This document shows positions 30,763-43,879 of a stretch of DNA of 64,000 nucleotides, piece by piece (position 1 is the first letter of the stretch; each line of letters opens with the position of its first letter). Origin of the DNA: the human T2T-CHM13v2.0 reference genome, Homo sapiens; assembly GCF_009914755.1 (NCBI RefSeq), contig NC_060925.1; one strand, written 5' to 3'. The translations under genes and the position numbers were made by a program. A model generated the notes under the pieces. That model was not told where the DNA came from, searched no databases, and saw only the letters and a list, made by a program, of their open reading frames with translations.

Positions 30763-31052
30763 ATAATAACATGTTTTTCATAGCAGTGAGTCATTGTTTT
30801 ATTTATGTAAAAATCTCTGAATTGCTTTTAATATCTCCATATCCTCTCAAGTGACTTCTTGTTTGTTTATCTTGGTCTTTGTCTCTTATGTTGTTGATCT
30901 CCCTCAGATGTCTGGTGGTCCTTAGGAGATCCTTTATATTTGTTGCTGAAGGACTGTAGATTAGTATAGGTAGTTCATGTGTGTTTCCTTTGTAGTTAGG
31001 CAGGTCTATTTGCTCTGAATGTGAGGGCTGACTCTAGCCTTTGTGTGCAGAG

Positions 31053-31366
31053 ATTCTTCTCTTTGGTACATGCAGGTAGGGAGCAAGCAAGTACATCTGG
31101 AACTCCACCACCTTCAAAGGAAAGTAGGGCACTTAAAAGTATTTCCCTCCTAGCTGGAGATGACTTTCCTTTCTACCCTCTGGCTCTACCCTCAGGATTT
31201 CCTTTTTATCTGCTGGGTCTACATCAGATATTACTTTGCAGTGCTTTCTTGCCCCAACTTCATACCTTTGGCTGTCCCTTAGAAAATCATTCATAAGTTC
31301 AGAAAACCATTCTTAGAATTCAAATTGCTCTATACACATCTTAGAAAGGAAAGAGCTACTTAACCA
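31053..31366 (+). repeat. Copy 2 of a 314-bp local direct duplication
   Basis: Same alignment, offset 1176 bp. Confidence 0.95.
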
Positions 31367-32845
31367 AAATGTCCCAAGGACATCTTTCCAGTTAACCACC
31401 AAGAGGAGGGATGTCCCTGCTCTTTAATTCATCCCACCCCACCTCCAAGGCTCAGCCCAGACCACTGTTTCAAAGCTCACTCTTGTCCTCCATATGTGCT
31501 AATTCCTAGCTTGGATCCTGTCTGAACAAGGTCTCCCTCCTCTGACACAATTCTTCATTTAGTTCTAGGACACGGTTTCCCACTGAAATAACAAACTGCA
31601 AGCCCATCTAGCTTGTCTTGATGAAATATCTTTTCTACCCACAGCACTGCCTGCTGTTTTCAGAGTTGTCACAAATTTTTTTTTTCTAGATGCCTTTAGC
31701 CACCATTTCAGAAGATTCCAAGAAGGCAGGGGAGGCAAACGAATGTACTTAGTCTGTCATCTTGAAAAAGAATCCTGTGTACATTTCTATTAACACAAGT
31801 CAACTTTCTTTCAATTCTTTTGACAATGTAGAGTTTCAGAGTATCTGGAAAACCAATATAATGTGGAGGGCAAGGGATTAGAAGTGAAAATTGATACACT
31901 GAGTGAAATATTTTAAAATCTAGACTCACGTGTATAAAGTCAAATATATTTTCTCTTTATAAAAAGAATTAGTTTCTGTATTGACCTCCTATTCCCTTCA
32001 AAGTTAGAAGTTAAATCTAGGTTATTTCCAGGTAAACTCAGTTACTTCTGGGTAAAATTAATCATTTCAAGCTTAACTTGATCAATTCAAGATATCACAC
32101 CACCATCACCCTTCTTGTTAGGGTTCTAGCTAAGGTTTCTCAGGCATTTGGGGACATGGTGCCTGCCCTGGCCTCCATCAACTGCCTTCTTTCCACCTGG
32201 TCATTGCCCATTGGCCTCTATCCCTATCAAATCCTCCACCGATTCTGTGGTCCTCATGTTGGCCTCAAAGCCTCAAGGCAGAGGGGTCGCCCACATCCTT
32301 CTAATCTCAACTACGAGCTCCTTTCGGTTCACTGACTCCCTTATTCACAATTTCTTCCTCCATCTGCCTCTTTGCTATTTCCAAATAAATTATCTATAGA
32401 CCAGGAGTTTTGGACACTGTCCTGTGCTACTCTCTAGTCTCTAATGAAGACATGCTACCCTGCCCTTTTGCACTTTCGCTGGTGCTGTACCATGTGGACA
32501 CAAGGAACTTCTCTACAGGGCCTCATCCTGGGAAACAACAAGAATGGGAAGTGACATAGGGATGTCCCTGCTCCTCTCACCCCACCTCCAAGGCTCAGTC
32601 CACTGCAAAAAAAGACAGGAAACTAGGTATCTTTCCATGAACCCACTGGAATATAAACCCTGGAACATTTCCTCTGGTTCCTCCCTGTCCCTGACTTAGG
32701 CCATGTTTAGCTAGTTTACAGAACAGGGTACTTTTATTCTTCATCTACACTGCCATGTTTTATTGATTCTAAGATGTAGTACATTTCTTTAGACATAGAT
32801 GTCTCTTAAAATTGGGAGGTACCTTATAATTGGTGACCTCTCACA

Positions 32846-33491
<646 letters not shown>

Positions 33492-33548
33492 TTAGATGTG
33501 ATGAAACACATTTCCAATCTGTTGTTCATGGCAAAACTTTATGCCTTG

Positions 33549-33953
33549 TGTATTAGTTTGATAGGGCTGCCATAAACTGAGTGGCTTAAACAACAAAAAT
33601 TTATTGTCTACAGTTCTGGAGGCTAAAGTCCAAGATCAAGGTGTTGACCACATTTGCTCCTCCCGAGGGCTGAAGGAAGGATGTGTTCTAGGCCTCTCTC
33701 CTTGGCTTGTAGGTGGCTGTCTTCTCCCTATGTCTCTTCATACTATCTTCTCTGTATGCATGGCTCTGTGTCCAAATTTCTACTTTTTATAAGCATATCA
33801 GTCATATTGGATTAGAGCCCACACTAATGACCTCATTTTAGTTTGATTACCACTGTAATAGACCTTCTCTCCTTAATACAGTCACATTCTGAGATACTAG
33901 AAGTTAAGATTTCAACATCTGATTTTTGGGGAGACACAATTCAACCCATAACA
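33549..33953 (-). mobile_element. MLT1B-type solo LTR
   Basis: tgtattagtttgatagggctgccata...ggggagacacaattcaacccataaca. Confidence 0.85.
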
Positions 33954-36900
33954 CCTCAGTTTCTTCAAAGATTTGCTTTTGATGTTCAAGCCCAAACTCT
34001 TCCATATGAAAAGTCTTGCTTTGTCTCTGCTATGAATTTGAAAATACAGATATTTAAAATCTCAACAGGAGCCCTACCTGTTTATTTATCTTTACATTCC
34101 TATTATAACAGTCCAAATGCTTCCAGCAATGAATTAATAACAGAATAAGGGGAGGGCCATGGGGAAATTTTAAGGGCTGGGGAAGGAAGACATCTCTATT
34201 AATATTTCAAAATTTTGTACAACTTCATTAAATCAGCCCAAGCTGCCAAATGTGCTGGGTCAAACCCATAGCAGTCTTCCACTTACAAGGAATACTTTAG
34301 GTGCTGCTCAGAAGTCTCCATTTTAGTCCTTCCCAACAGCAGAGAAGCAGAAAGACACCCCAGGAATTTTGAAGACATAACCCAAAGCAGCTTACCAGAA
34401 ACAAGAAATTTTTACATCTCCTGTTTAATCCTTAAATGCCACATGAATTTTACATTGCCCTCCATAATATTCCTCTACCCATGTATGGCAACAGCTTTTA
34501 CGAGGAAGAAAAAGTCAAAACTATTTCCCCCCAAAGTTTCAAGCAGCATCCGGGAAGATGCACCCAGTCTGTCCTATGATTTCATGTGCCCCTGGCATAA
34601 TGCCCCATGTTGGAGAAGCACGGCTTTCAGTGGAGGAAACAGGAAGTTTCACAGATAAAGGGGTTTTGTTTTGTTTTCAGCAGAGAAAGATCTTCATTTT
34701 GGCACTGCCAGGAAGCCAGTCCTTTTCCACCCAAAGGACAGCATTTCCTGAAGAGCAGATACATGTCCCTTCCCAGCTGGTGGAGAGTCTGCCAGGTGGA
34801 AAGGAAATGGCATGCCACAAAATGAACAATACAGCTGCATTTAAGCAAGGATGTTCACATCACAGAGAAAGAAGGGACCAAAGGCAAGCAGGGTGAGAGT
34901 TCGGGGAAAGGAGAAAGTCACGCGGCTCCAGCACACAGCAAGGAAGGAGGGGGTGCAAAGCACAAGCAGGAGGTGGGGAAAAGGCAGAGAAAGGTGAGAA
35001 AATGGATGAGCTGATTCGGACTTGTGGCAAAGATCAGCAAATCTGAAATGATGGCGGGACAACAGAGCACAAATAAAGCTGCGCCAACAATATCCACATC
35101 CTGAGCTTCACAGAGTACCTAGAATGGCCACAAAGAAATAACCTCCTCTATTGTAGGTCCAGTGATGCCGATCTGTCCTCTCATTTCCATCAGCTTATTG
35201 TGTTGTGACATCTGCTCAGGTGAACTTTCTAGGCACCAATGAAGCTGAAGTTACTGAGTGATATCCAAAATTCACTCTAAATGCTATGATCAATAACAAA
35301 TTTAGGTCTGAAAATTACTTAACCAACCCTTGAATGAATGCAAGTCAATGACAAGAATTTTCCCTCAAATTTAATACGTTAAAGAAGGGTTCCTTGTTGG
35401 TTTTTATTTGCATCTCTTAGTTTATTCAGCATCAACTCTGAGTGCATTCCAGGCTGGGCTCCTGTACAGTCATGTCCAGAAAGGTCTCATTCTGTGGCTT
35501 TCATCTTTCCTTACTCCACTCACATAAAGATGAGATGGCAAACACATCTGTGACTGTCAGGCCTGTTTTGGCCTCCAGAGGTCCGTGCTGCTGGTGGTCA
35601 GCAGCCCTGTGGAGAGGCAAAGCCAGGGAGAAAGTGAGACAGCTTCCGAGGATCATGCTTAAGGAAATCCCCGGGGCTCATGGCCAACATCAAAATCCAA
35701 CCAGCACCACCACCAAAGCAAAGAAATAAAATCAGAATTCTTCTATTTGTTATGAGGACAATTCTCAGTTTTCAAGCTCAGGTATGTAAAGAATGCAACT
35801 TACCTGTTCTCTAATCATCTTAATTTATAATGCAACCCTCTGTTAGAGACTAATTCCATGCAATTCAAGGTCTCTCCTCCAACCCCATCTCCCCAGAATT
35901 AAGTCTACATTCCAGGGCCTTACTCAGTGAGTGCCAAAGCCTCTGAGCCTTGCCTAAATACAGGGGCATGGGTTTCCTCTGCTCTCTGGCATGCCAGACC
36001 TGTGAGGGGTTTGCATGGTCACTGCCCTTCAGAATTCAGCGTAGACACAGAGCAAGACCTGCCTCCTAAGGAACCACGGACATCTGCCTTTCCTCCTTCC
36101 CTCCAGCTCTCCTCCTCTCTTCTCACCAAGGACAATATCACCCCATTAGGAAGGGGCTTTAAAGGTACTAAAGAAGCCTTTTCTTACTCATGGGCATCTT
36201 TCTAAATGTTTTGTCTATGCATTGAGTCCTTTGGTGCCACACAAGAACCAGACTGTAGCAAATCAAAAGCTAAGCATCGATTTCTGAAATCCACTATGTC
36301 ACTTGTCCCCTGAGGCAATGAGTAGGGAACACCCTAGCTGCCTAGGCAGGGGATGTGCCATCACTAAGAGAAACCAGAGGGATAAAAATCTCAGTGAATA
36401 ACTGGAAACAGTATCCTGCCAATTCTCCATCATCCTTCAGCTGCCTACATGGCAATGGCTACGTCTGCTTTCCTTTCATGCTTTGTGCCTTTTGAACCTC
36501 TTGCATCAAAAGTCTTTAGGAAAAACATCAAATAATTAGACACTGTAATTGCTGGTTGCACAGGGACAGGAAGAAAGGGTAAAAGGGGCCTTTGGCTAGT
36601 TACGTGGGGCTGAAACAGCATGAATGGTTCAAGGAACAGCAAGTAATGGAATGTGGTTAAGATGGAGGAGGCAAGCATCCCATTTATGCTTTTAAAAAGA
36701 CTATATTTGTATATACACATACATATGTGAGCAAACGTACAGAAAAAGGTCGAGTTTCCACGTTTTATTCTCTATGTGCTCCTCATTGTTTAAATTATTT
36801 CCAATAAGAAAGTATCTGTGTTCTGTATACAAACGAAATGCAGGGTGCATATGGAAGGTCAGTGCCAGATAAAGGTGGACAGACAGGCAGTAAGGACAGG

Positions 36901-36989
36901 AAAGAAATGCTTTCATTAGGAGTTTGATCTTTATCATGAAACTGGTAATATACAGACAAAATTTAATAATCCTATTTAGCATCTTCTGG

Positions 36990-39900
36990 TTATTAAATCA
37001 ACATACACTCATTGTAGGGAATTTGGAATACAAAGGTATACAAAAATAAATTTAAATGCCTCAGTAATCCCCCGAGAGAGCCAGTGTTGACATTTTGGTA
37101 TAGTTCCTACTGATTTTAATACATGCACATAAATATTTTTGACTATATGTGATCATTTTATGTAAATAGTTTGGTGTATATTTTCCCAGAATTTTCCAAT
37201 GAAATATATATTTCTTTAAATGAGATCACACTACAGAAATGTTCATCAACTTACTCTTTTCATTTAGCAATCAGTATCTCCTGGCCATATGACTTCATCC
37301 ACTGATACAGATCAACCTCATTCTTTCTACCAGACATAGTATACTTTATTAAACAGGGTGTACCTTATATAACCAGTACTCTATTCATAGACATTTAAAG
37401 TATTTCCAGTTTCGATATTATAAAAATGCTTTAATTACTATCCTGATATATTTATGTAGGCAAATATTTCCTAAGATAAAATTCCTAGAAATGTACTGTT
37501 AGGTCAAATAGTATGCACATTTTAAAGTCCTCCAAAAATGCTGTAGAAACAAATTATTCTAATAATCAAACATGAGAGTACCCTTTCACCAAACCTTAGC
37601 AACACTGAGTATTTTGTATCTTTTAATGTCTGATGGTCTGACTGGCAACACATAATACATTATTATTTTATAAATATTTTCCTCATGTTGATATTTATTT
37701 ATTACCATTTTAATTTTCTTTTCAAAGAAATTTTTTCCAATTCATGTTTCTGAGATTATAAAAAAAAAGTTCATCCATGTTTAATTGTGGACCTTTCATT
37801 TTATATTTAAATATGTAATCTAGCTGTAACTTACTTTGGTTTAAGAATTGAAGTAAGGATCCAGGTTTTTTTAAATAAAAAATTTAATGAAGTATAAGAT
37901 ACATACAGAAAAGAGCACAAGGCATCATTGTACAGCTTGATGAATTTTCACAAAATAACCCCATCCCATACCATACACCCAGACCAAGAAACCAAATATG
38001 ACTCACACCCTAAAAGTCCCCTTAATTCCCGCTTCTAGTCATTACCACCCCCAGGTAACCACTATCCTGATTTCTATTACCAGAGATTAGTGCTGCCTGT
38101 TTGAGTGTTTGGCTTCTTTTTCTCAGCATTATGTTTGTGACATACGCCCATGTTTTTGCATGTGATTATAGATTACATATTCTCATTTCTGTATATATTC
38201 CATATATTGATTTATTTATCTATTCTACTGTCTTTGGATATCTGGGTTGCTTCCAGTTTGAGGCTATTATGAATATTATGAATGCTATGTACCTTCTTAT
38301 ATATGTCTTCTGGCAAATATATATACTACATTTGTTTGTCATATACCTAGGAGTGGGGAATTGCGGGTACAGAGTGTATGTTCAGCTTTAGTAGATACTG
38401 CCCAGTAGATACTGCCCAACGGTCTTCCATAATAGCTGTATCAGTTTACATTCCCACCAATAATATATGAGAGTCTAGTTGTTCCATGTTCTTGTCAACA
38501 TTTGGTATTGTCCGACTTTTTAAATTTAGCCATTCTGAAGCATATGTAGACATACCTTTTTGTAGATTTAATTTGCATTTCTCTGACAATGAATGCAATT
38601 GATATAACTTTTAACATATTTGTAAGCCATTTGAACATTCTCTGTGTAAAGTGTTTTTTCAAGCTTTTTGTCCACTTTTCTTTTGGGTTACTTGCCTTTC
38701 TCATATTGATTTGTAGTTATTTATAGTATCTTCTCCTACTCTGGGCTTGCTCTTTCATTCCCTTAATAGTATCTTTTGATGATCAGAATTTCTTGAGTTT
38801 AGTTTAATCTAGTTTATCAATATTTTCCTTTATAGTTAGTCCTTCTGTGTAATGTTTAAGAAATGTTTGGCTATTCTAAGGATATACAGATATTCTCTTA
38901 TGTTTTCTTTTAAGAGCTTTATTGTCTTACCTAATATATATAGACCTACAATGCAGCTAGAATTGATATTTGTGAATGGCTTGAGGAAGATTCTTTTTTT
39001 CCCGTATGGATACTAAATTGAGTCAGCACTATTTATTGAAAAGACATCCTTTCTCTACTGTATTTTAGTGTCAACTTTGTCATAAATCAAGTGATCATAT
39101 AAAGATCTCTTTCTAAATTCTCTAATCTGTTCCATTGGGCTTAAGGAAACAGGAATATGTCACCCCAAAATATGCCTCTGACATAAAAATTACTTTTTAG
39201 CAAAAGGCAATTAAGAAGCAGTAAACAGAGAAAAAGCTCACCCTATCCTACCTTCTGCCTACAGGCAGGATATAAGTTCTCCTTGACTAGAGAAAACTCT
39301 AGACTCTTTATCAGCCCATAGACAGCATCAGAGGAACCTGAAAATAAACCTCACTCCATTAGTTTCCTCCCATATATTTACCTTCCCATCATTTCCCACC
39401 CTTGGAAACCTAAAATCTTTTCATTTGTCCTTTCATTTGTCTACAAATGTATTGCTGTTTGTTGAAGATGCTATATAAGCCTGAGTTCTAAGCCATTGCT
39501 TTGAGATACTTTTCATTAAAGTTTGTCCCTCATGATGTGTGCTACACATGTTAATTAGCTTGTCTGTTTTTATCTTGTTAATCTTGTCTTTTGTTACAGG
39601 AATCTGTCTCAACTAAGAACTCATAGAGGTTGAGGAAAAATTATATTTCCTCCCCAATAGGGCCATTTGTCTATTTTAGCACAGATGCCACATTGACTTA
39701 ATTACAATAGCTTTATAATAATTCTAAATATTTGGTGCCATAAGTTATCTCAGCCTCCTTCATATTCTTAATTATTGTGATGGCTTAACTCGGCCCTTTT
39801 CTTTTCCATGCAGATTTTATATTCAGTTTGTTGATATCCATTTAAAAAGCCTGCTAGAATTTTGAATGGCTTGTATAATATACAAATTAATTTAAGGAAA

Positions 39901-41090
39901 GTTGACATCTTCACAATATTGAGTCATCCATTCTATGAACATGGTATATCTTTCCATCTACTTAAGTTTTCTTCAATTTCTCTCAGTATGTCTTCTTGTT
40001 TTCAATGTAGAAATCTTACATCTCTGTCACATTTATTCCTATGAATTCGGTGTTTTCTGAGGCTATTGTAAATGGTATTGTTTTTTAAATTTCATTTTCT
40101 ATTTTTATTGCTAGTATATGTAAGTATAATTGGTTTTTATATATTGACCTGGTATCCAGTACCCCTGCTTAAATTTACTTATTAATTCTAATAGTTTATC
40201 TATAGATTCTTTTGGGTTTTCTATATATACAGTCATGTTGCCTATTGATAATGACAGTTTTATTTCTTACTTTCCAAACCATATACTTTCTATTTCTTTC
40301 TCTTGCCTTGCTACAATGGCTAGGATCTCTAATGCAATGCTAAATTAAAGTGATGCTAGCAGATATCTCAAGGAGAAGACTTTCAACATTTCACCATCAA
40401 GAATGATGTTTAAGATATTTTTAGGCACTCATTATCAGATTAACAAATTTCCTTTGCTTAGGCTTTTTAAAAATCATAAATCAACACTGAATTTTATCAA
40501 ATCCTTTTCTACATCTATGTAGATTGTATGTATATTTTTACTCCTTTATTCTGTTACTACAAGGTATTATCTTGATTTATTTTCAAATGTTAAACTACTC
40601 TTGAATTCCTAAAGTTTATCCCACTTGGTTATAATGTATTATCTTTTTTATGTATCACTAAATTCATTTTGATTATATTTTGCTTAGTATTTCTGTATCT
40701 ATGTCCAGGAGAGTTTGGTCTTTAATTTTCTTTTCTTGTAATGTCTGTGTCAGCTTTTGATATAATGTTTTTTCTTGAGAATGAGCTGGGAAATGTTACT
40801 TTTTTTTCTATTCTCTGAAAGAGTATGTAAGATTGATGTTATTATTTATTTTAAGTGTTTGGAAGACTTTACCGGAAAAGCCATCTGCCCCAGAAAATTT
40901 ATTTGTTTGTCTGCTGTTTGATGCGAAGGTCTTTAATAATGAATTAAACTCTTTACTAGATATAGCTCTATTCAGGTTTTCTATTTTTACTTGTGTTAGC
41001 TTTGGTATATCAGGTTTTTTGGAATTTGTTTATTTCATCTAAATTGTCAAGTATGTTGGCAAAAACTGTTCATTATATCCTCTTATTAAG
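36990..41090 (-). mobile_element. Antisense old L1 fragments (L1ME-like 36990-37860; L1MC/MD-like 37866-41090, 3'UTR into ORF2)
   Basis: Minus ORF remnant NPKEKWTKSLKKHFT...IVREMQIKSTKRY matches the L1 ORF2 C-terminus; typical T-rich antisense L1 sequence; 14-bp tandem duplication AGTAGATACTGCCC at 38390-38417. Confidence 0.85.
39141..39659 (+). mobile_element. ERV1-class solo LTR (MER34/MER39 family)
   Basis: aatatgtcaccccaaaatatgcctct...aaggcaattaagaagcag; TATA (gctatataagcc) and attaaa signal; 4-bp TSD GGGC at 39137-39140 and 39660-39663. Confidence 0.82.
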
Positions 41091-41204
41091 CATACATCTT
41101 CTCCTAAAATGTCTAACTAGTTTTCTCAAAACCAGTCATTGGATAATAAATCTCTTACAAAATGATATGCTGTGCTACCTCTATCATATAAAAATTTCAT
41201 TTAA

Positions 41205-42330
41205 TAAGTCATTCAAAAATATGTATTGGCTCAAACTATACACCAGGCATTATTCCAATGTTAGGAATATACTATTAAAGAGGACAACATTCCTGCTTCA
41301 TGGAGTTTTCATTTAATGAGAAGAACAGACAATAAACAAAATAGTAATAAGTGTTCTAAAGAACCAAGAAAGGTTAGGGTCTGGGGAGGTGGAAAGGAAA
41401 GGCCACTTTGAGGAGAACCTGAATAAGGTGAGGGAATGAGACATCAAAAGATCCAAAGCAAGAAGTGTAAAGGCCCTAAGGTAGACATGTATTTGGCATG
41501 TTGTAGGAAGAATGAAGAAGCCAGTGTGACTGTAGCAGAGTGAGTGAGAGAGAAGCAGAGATGATTGAGAAATCTAGGCAGAAGTCAGATTTTGCAGGGT
41601 CCTGGAGACCATGGTAATGATTTGGGATATTAAAAATGTCATGGGAAAACACTGGCTTTGAACAAGCAAGTAACATGATCTGACTTGTGTTTGAAAAGAC
41701 TGTTCTAACGAATGTGTGTAGAATAGACCATAAGGGGGAAAAAAGGAAGTTGAGAAGCCACTTAGAAGCTATTACAATAATCCAAGCAAGAGATGGTGCT
41801 GGCTTGGACTATGTTGGGAACCTACATATCTACTTACCTCCTATAAGGAGATAAGAAGTGCTCAGATCCAGGCTGTGTTTTGAAGGTAGAATCAACAAGA
41901 CTTGCTGATGGCCTAAATGTGAGAGTTATAGGAAAGAAAAGACTCAAGGGTAACTTCTAGGTTTTTGGCCTGGGAAACTGAGTGGACAATGCTGCCATTT
42001 TATGAGCCTGAGATTCTTAGGAAAGGAGCAGATTTAGGGTAAGGGGGGGTTGGGAGTCAGGAGTTTGGTATAGGACATGTTACACTTCAGATCCGTTTAT
42101 ACACTCAAGTGGAGAATCTTGGTGGACAAGTGAATATATGGGTCTGAATCTCAGAAGAATAACAAAAACTGGAAATATAAACTTAGGAGTCATGTGCAAA
42201 CAGATACATCATACCACAAGACTGAATTCATTCATCTAAGAATAGATAAGAAGTCTAGGGCCTGAGACCTGGGATACTACAGAAGTGGGGAAGAGATTCA
42301 GAGCAAAGACTGAGGAATGTCCAGTGAGGG
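41205..42330 (-). mobile_element. L2 (L2a-type) ~1.1 kb
   Basis: cattcaaaaatatgtattgg...cctgcttcatggagttt...ttacaataatccaagcaagagatggtg...ttttgaaggtagaatcaacaagacttgctgatgg. Confidence 0.85.
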
Positions 42331-43596
42331 GAAATTCTCACGTGTATATCAGTCTGTTTCTGAATTCTTTACTCTGCTCTCCTGATCTTTCTGTCTGTCT
42401 ATTCTTCTGTCAGTTTTCATTCTTCATTTCAAATGACAAAACCAATTCAAACTGGCATATGTACTAAAGAAAAACCAGGTAACCAGGTTTAGTACAAATG
42501 GGGTCACCTGGATGCAGTTTCTCTCCATCTGTCCGCTATGCTCTCTTCCATGGTGGCTTCATCTTTGAACCATCATCTTAACCTTTAGTTCCAGGTAATA
42601 GCAACAGGGCTGGGGCCCCACAACCAGGAGAAGAGCGAATGCTGCTGGGTAGCAAAATCCACAGATGTCTGGCACAATTCCTCTGCCAACCCCAAACTGG
42701 CTTAATTACTTTACTTACGGATACATTTATCATAACTAGTTAGGCTTTTATGTTCACATCACTACTATTCTTTCTCAGAAAATTTCCAGCTACTCATTCA
42801 TATTTATTCTTAAAGAATCTATGCTTCTAATCTGTCTCCTTCCACTCTGATGAGATTGCCCTTTCCCCAAAGCACCTTAAATTTTTATTTCCTACAAAGC
42901 ATCCCTCCCGTGGGATGCTTGCTTCCATGCTCTCTTCCTGCCCATAAACTTACCCTCCTTCAATACATAGATCAAATCTTTCCTCCTGCATGATATATTT
43001 CCCAATTACCACATCTGGAAGTGTTATCTCTGTCCTATGTATGGCTATAGCATAAATAGCATTATTTAAATGGTCCAGATTTGTCAAGTATTTTTTCATA
43101 TTTGTCACAATCTCCCAAGTAGGCTGTAAACTCCTTTGGGAAGAGACTCTTGTTTTATATTTCTATATATTCTTCTCAGCAACCTGCACAATCCTGAACA
43201 CATAGTTTCTACACTAAATGCATATTTTTAAACAATTGTCTGGTTAAGTCACCACTTTTATATATCTCTTCTTTTTTCTCTAAGGAATGAACAGCAACAG
43301 AAGAAAGCAATAGAATAATGTTTGTGGTTTATGATGTGGAGTCTTCTCTGTAGGTAAGTATCCATCATTTGGGAATGGTTGTAAGTACTTAAAGTATCTT
43401 GGGTGCTGCAGCTTTGATTTTAGGCACTACAGAACATGGTGAGATATAATGATGAATAAAATGGACACAGTCCCTGTCCTCACAAAGCTCACAAATTTCT
43501 TTTCCAGTGTTGTAACTTCTTATTCCATTATTTTCATAGTAGTTTTTCTTTTAAAATTTTTCTATTTTAGTGTAATAAATTTTCTCAGCTTTGATT

Positions 43597-43874
43597 TATT
43601 TTTATTTATTTATTTTGACATAGAGTCTCACTCTGTCGTCCAGGCTGGAGTGCAACCTCCACCTCCCGGGTTCAAGTGATTCTCATGCCTCAGCCTCCCA
43701 AGTAGCTGGAATTACAGGCATGTGGCACCACACCTGGCTAATTTTTTTATTTTTAGTAGAGACAGGGTTTCACCATGCTGACCAGGCTGGTCTCAAACTG
43801 CTGACTTCAAGTGATCTGCCTGCCTCTTCTTCCCAAAGTGCTGGGATTACAGGCATAAGCCACCACACCCGGCC
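43597..43874 (-). mobile_element. Alu (AluS-type) with internal deletion
   Basis: Reverse Alu; junction ggagtgca|acctcc lacks ~24 bp. Confidence 0.9.
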
Positions 43875-43879
43875 ATCAA

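Larger units (their letters stand above)
28360..31000 (-). mobile_element. Patchwork of ancient antisense L1M fragments (ORF1 region), with an MLT1J/K-like LTR at ~29310-29725
   Basis: T-rich L1M antisense motifs (aaacttcctgaattcttacatgtctgaaaatg; ttgaaagcattatgccattgtc; ataatgtgtcttgatctggatct; aaaattattccattatttcttca). Confidence 0.55.

Noticed and set aside
38390-38417. Short tandem duplications (also ~6078-6105, ~46261-46289, ~53785-53811, 59991-60014)
   Set aside because: Ordinary slippage-type micro-duplications with no array structure
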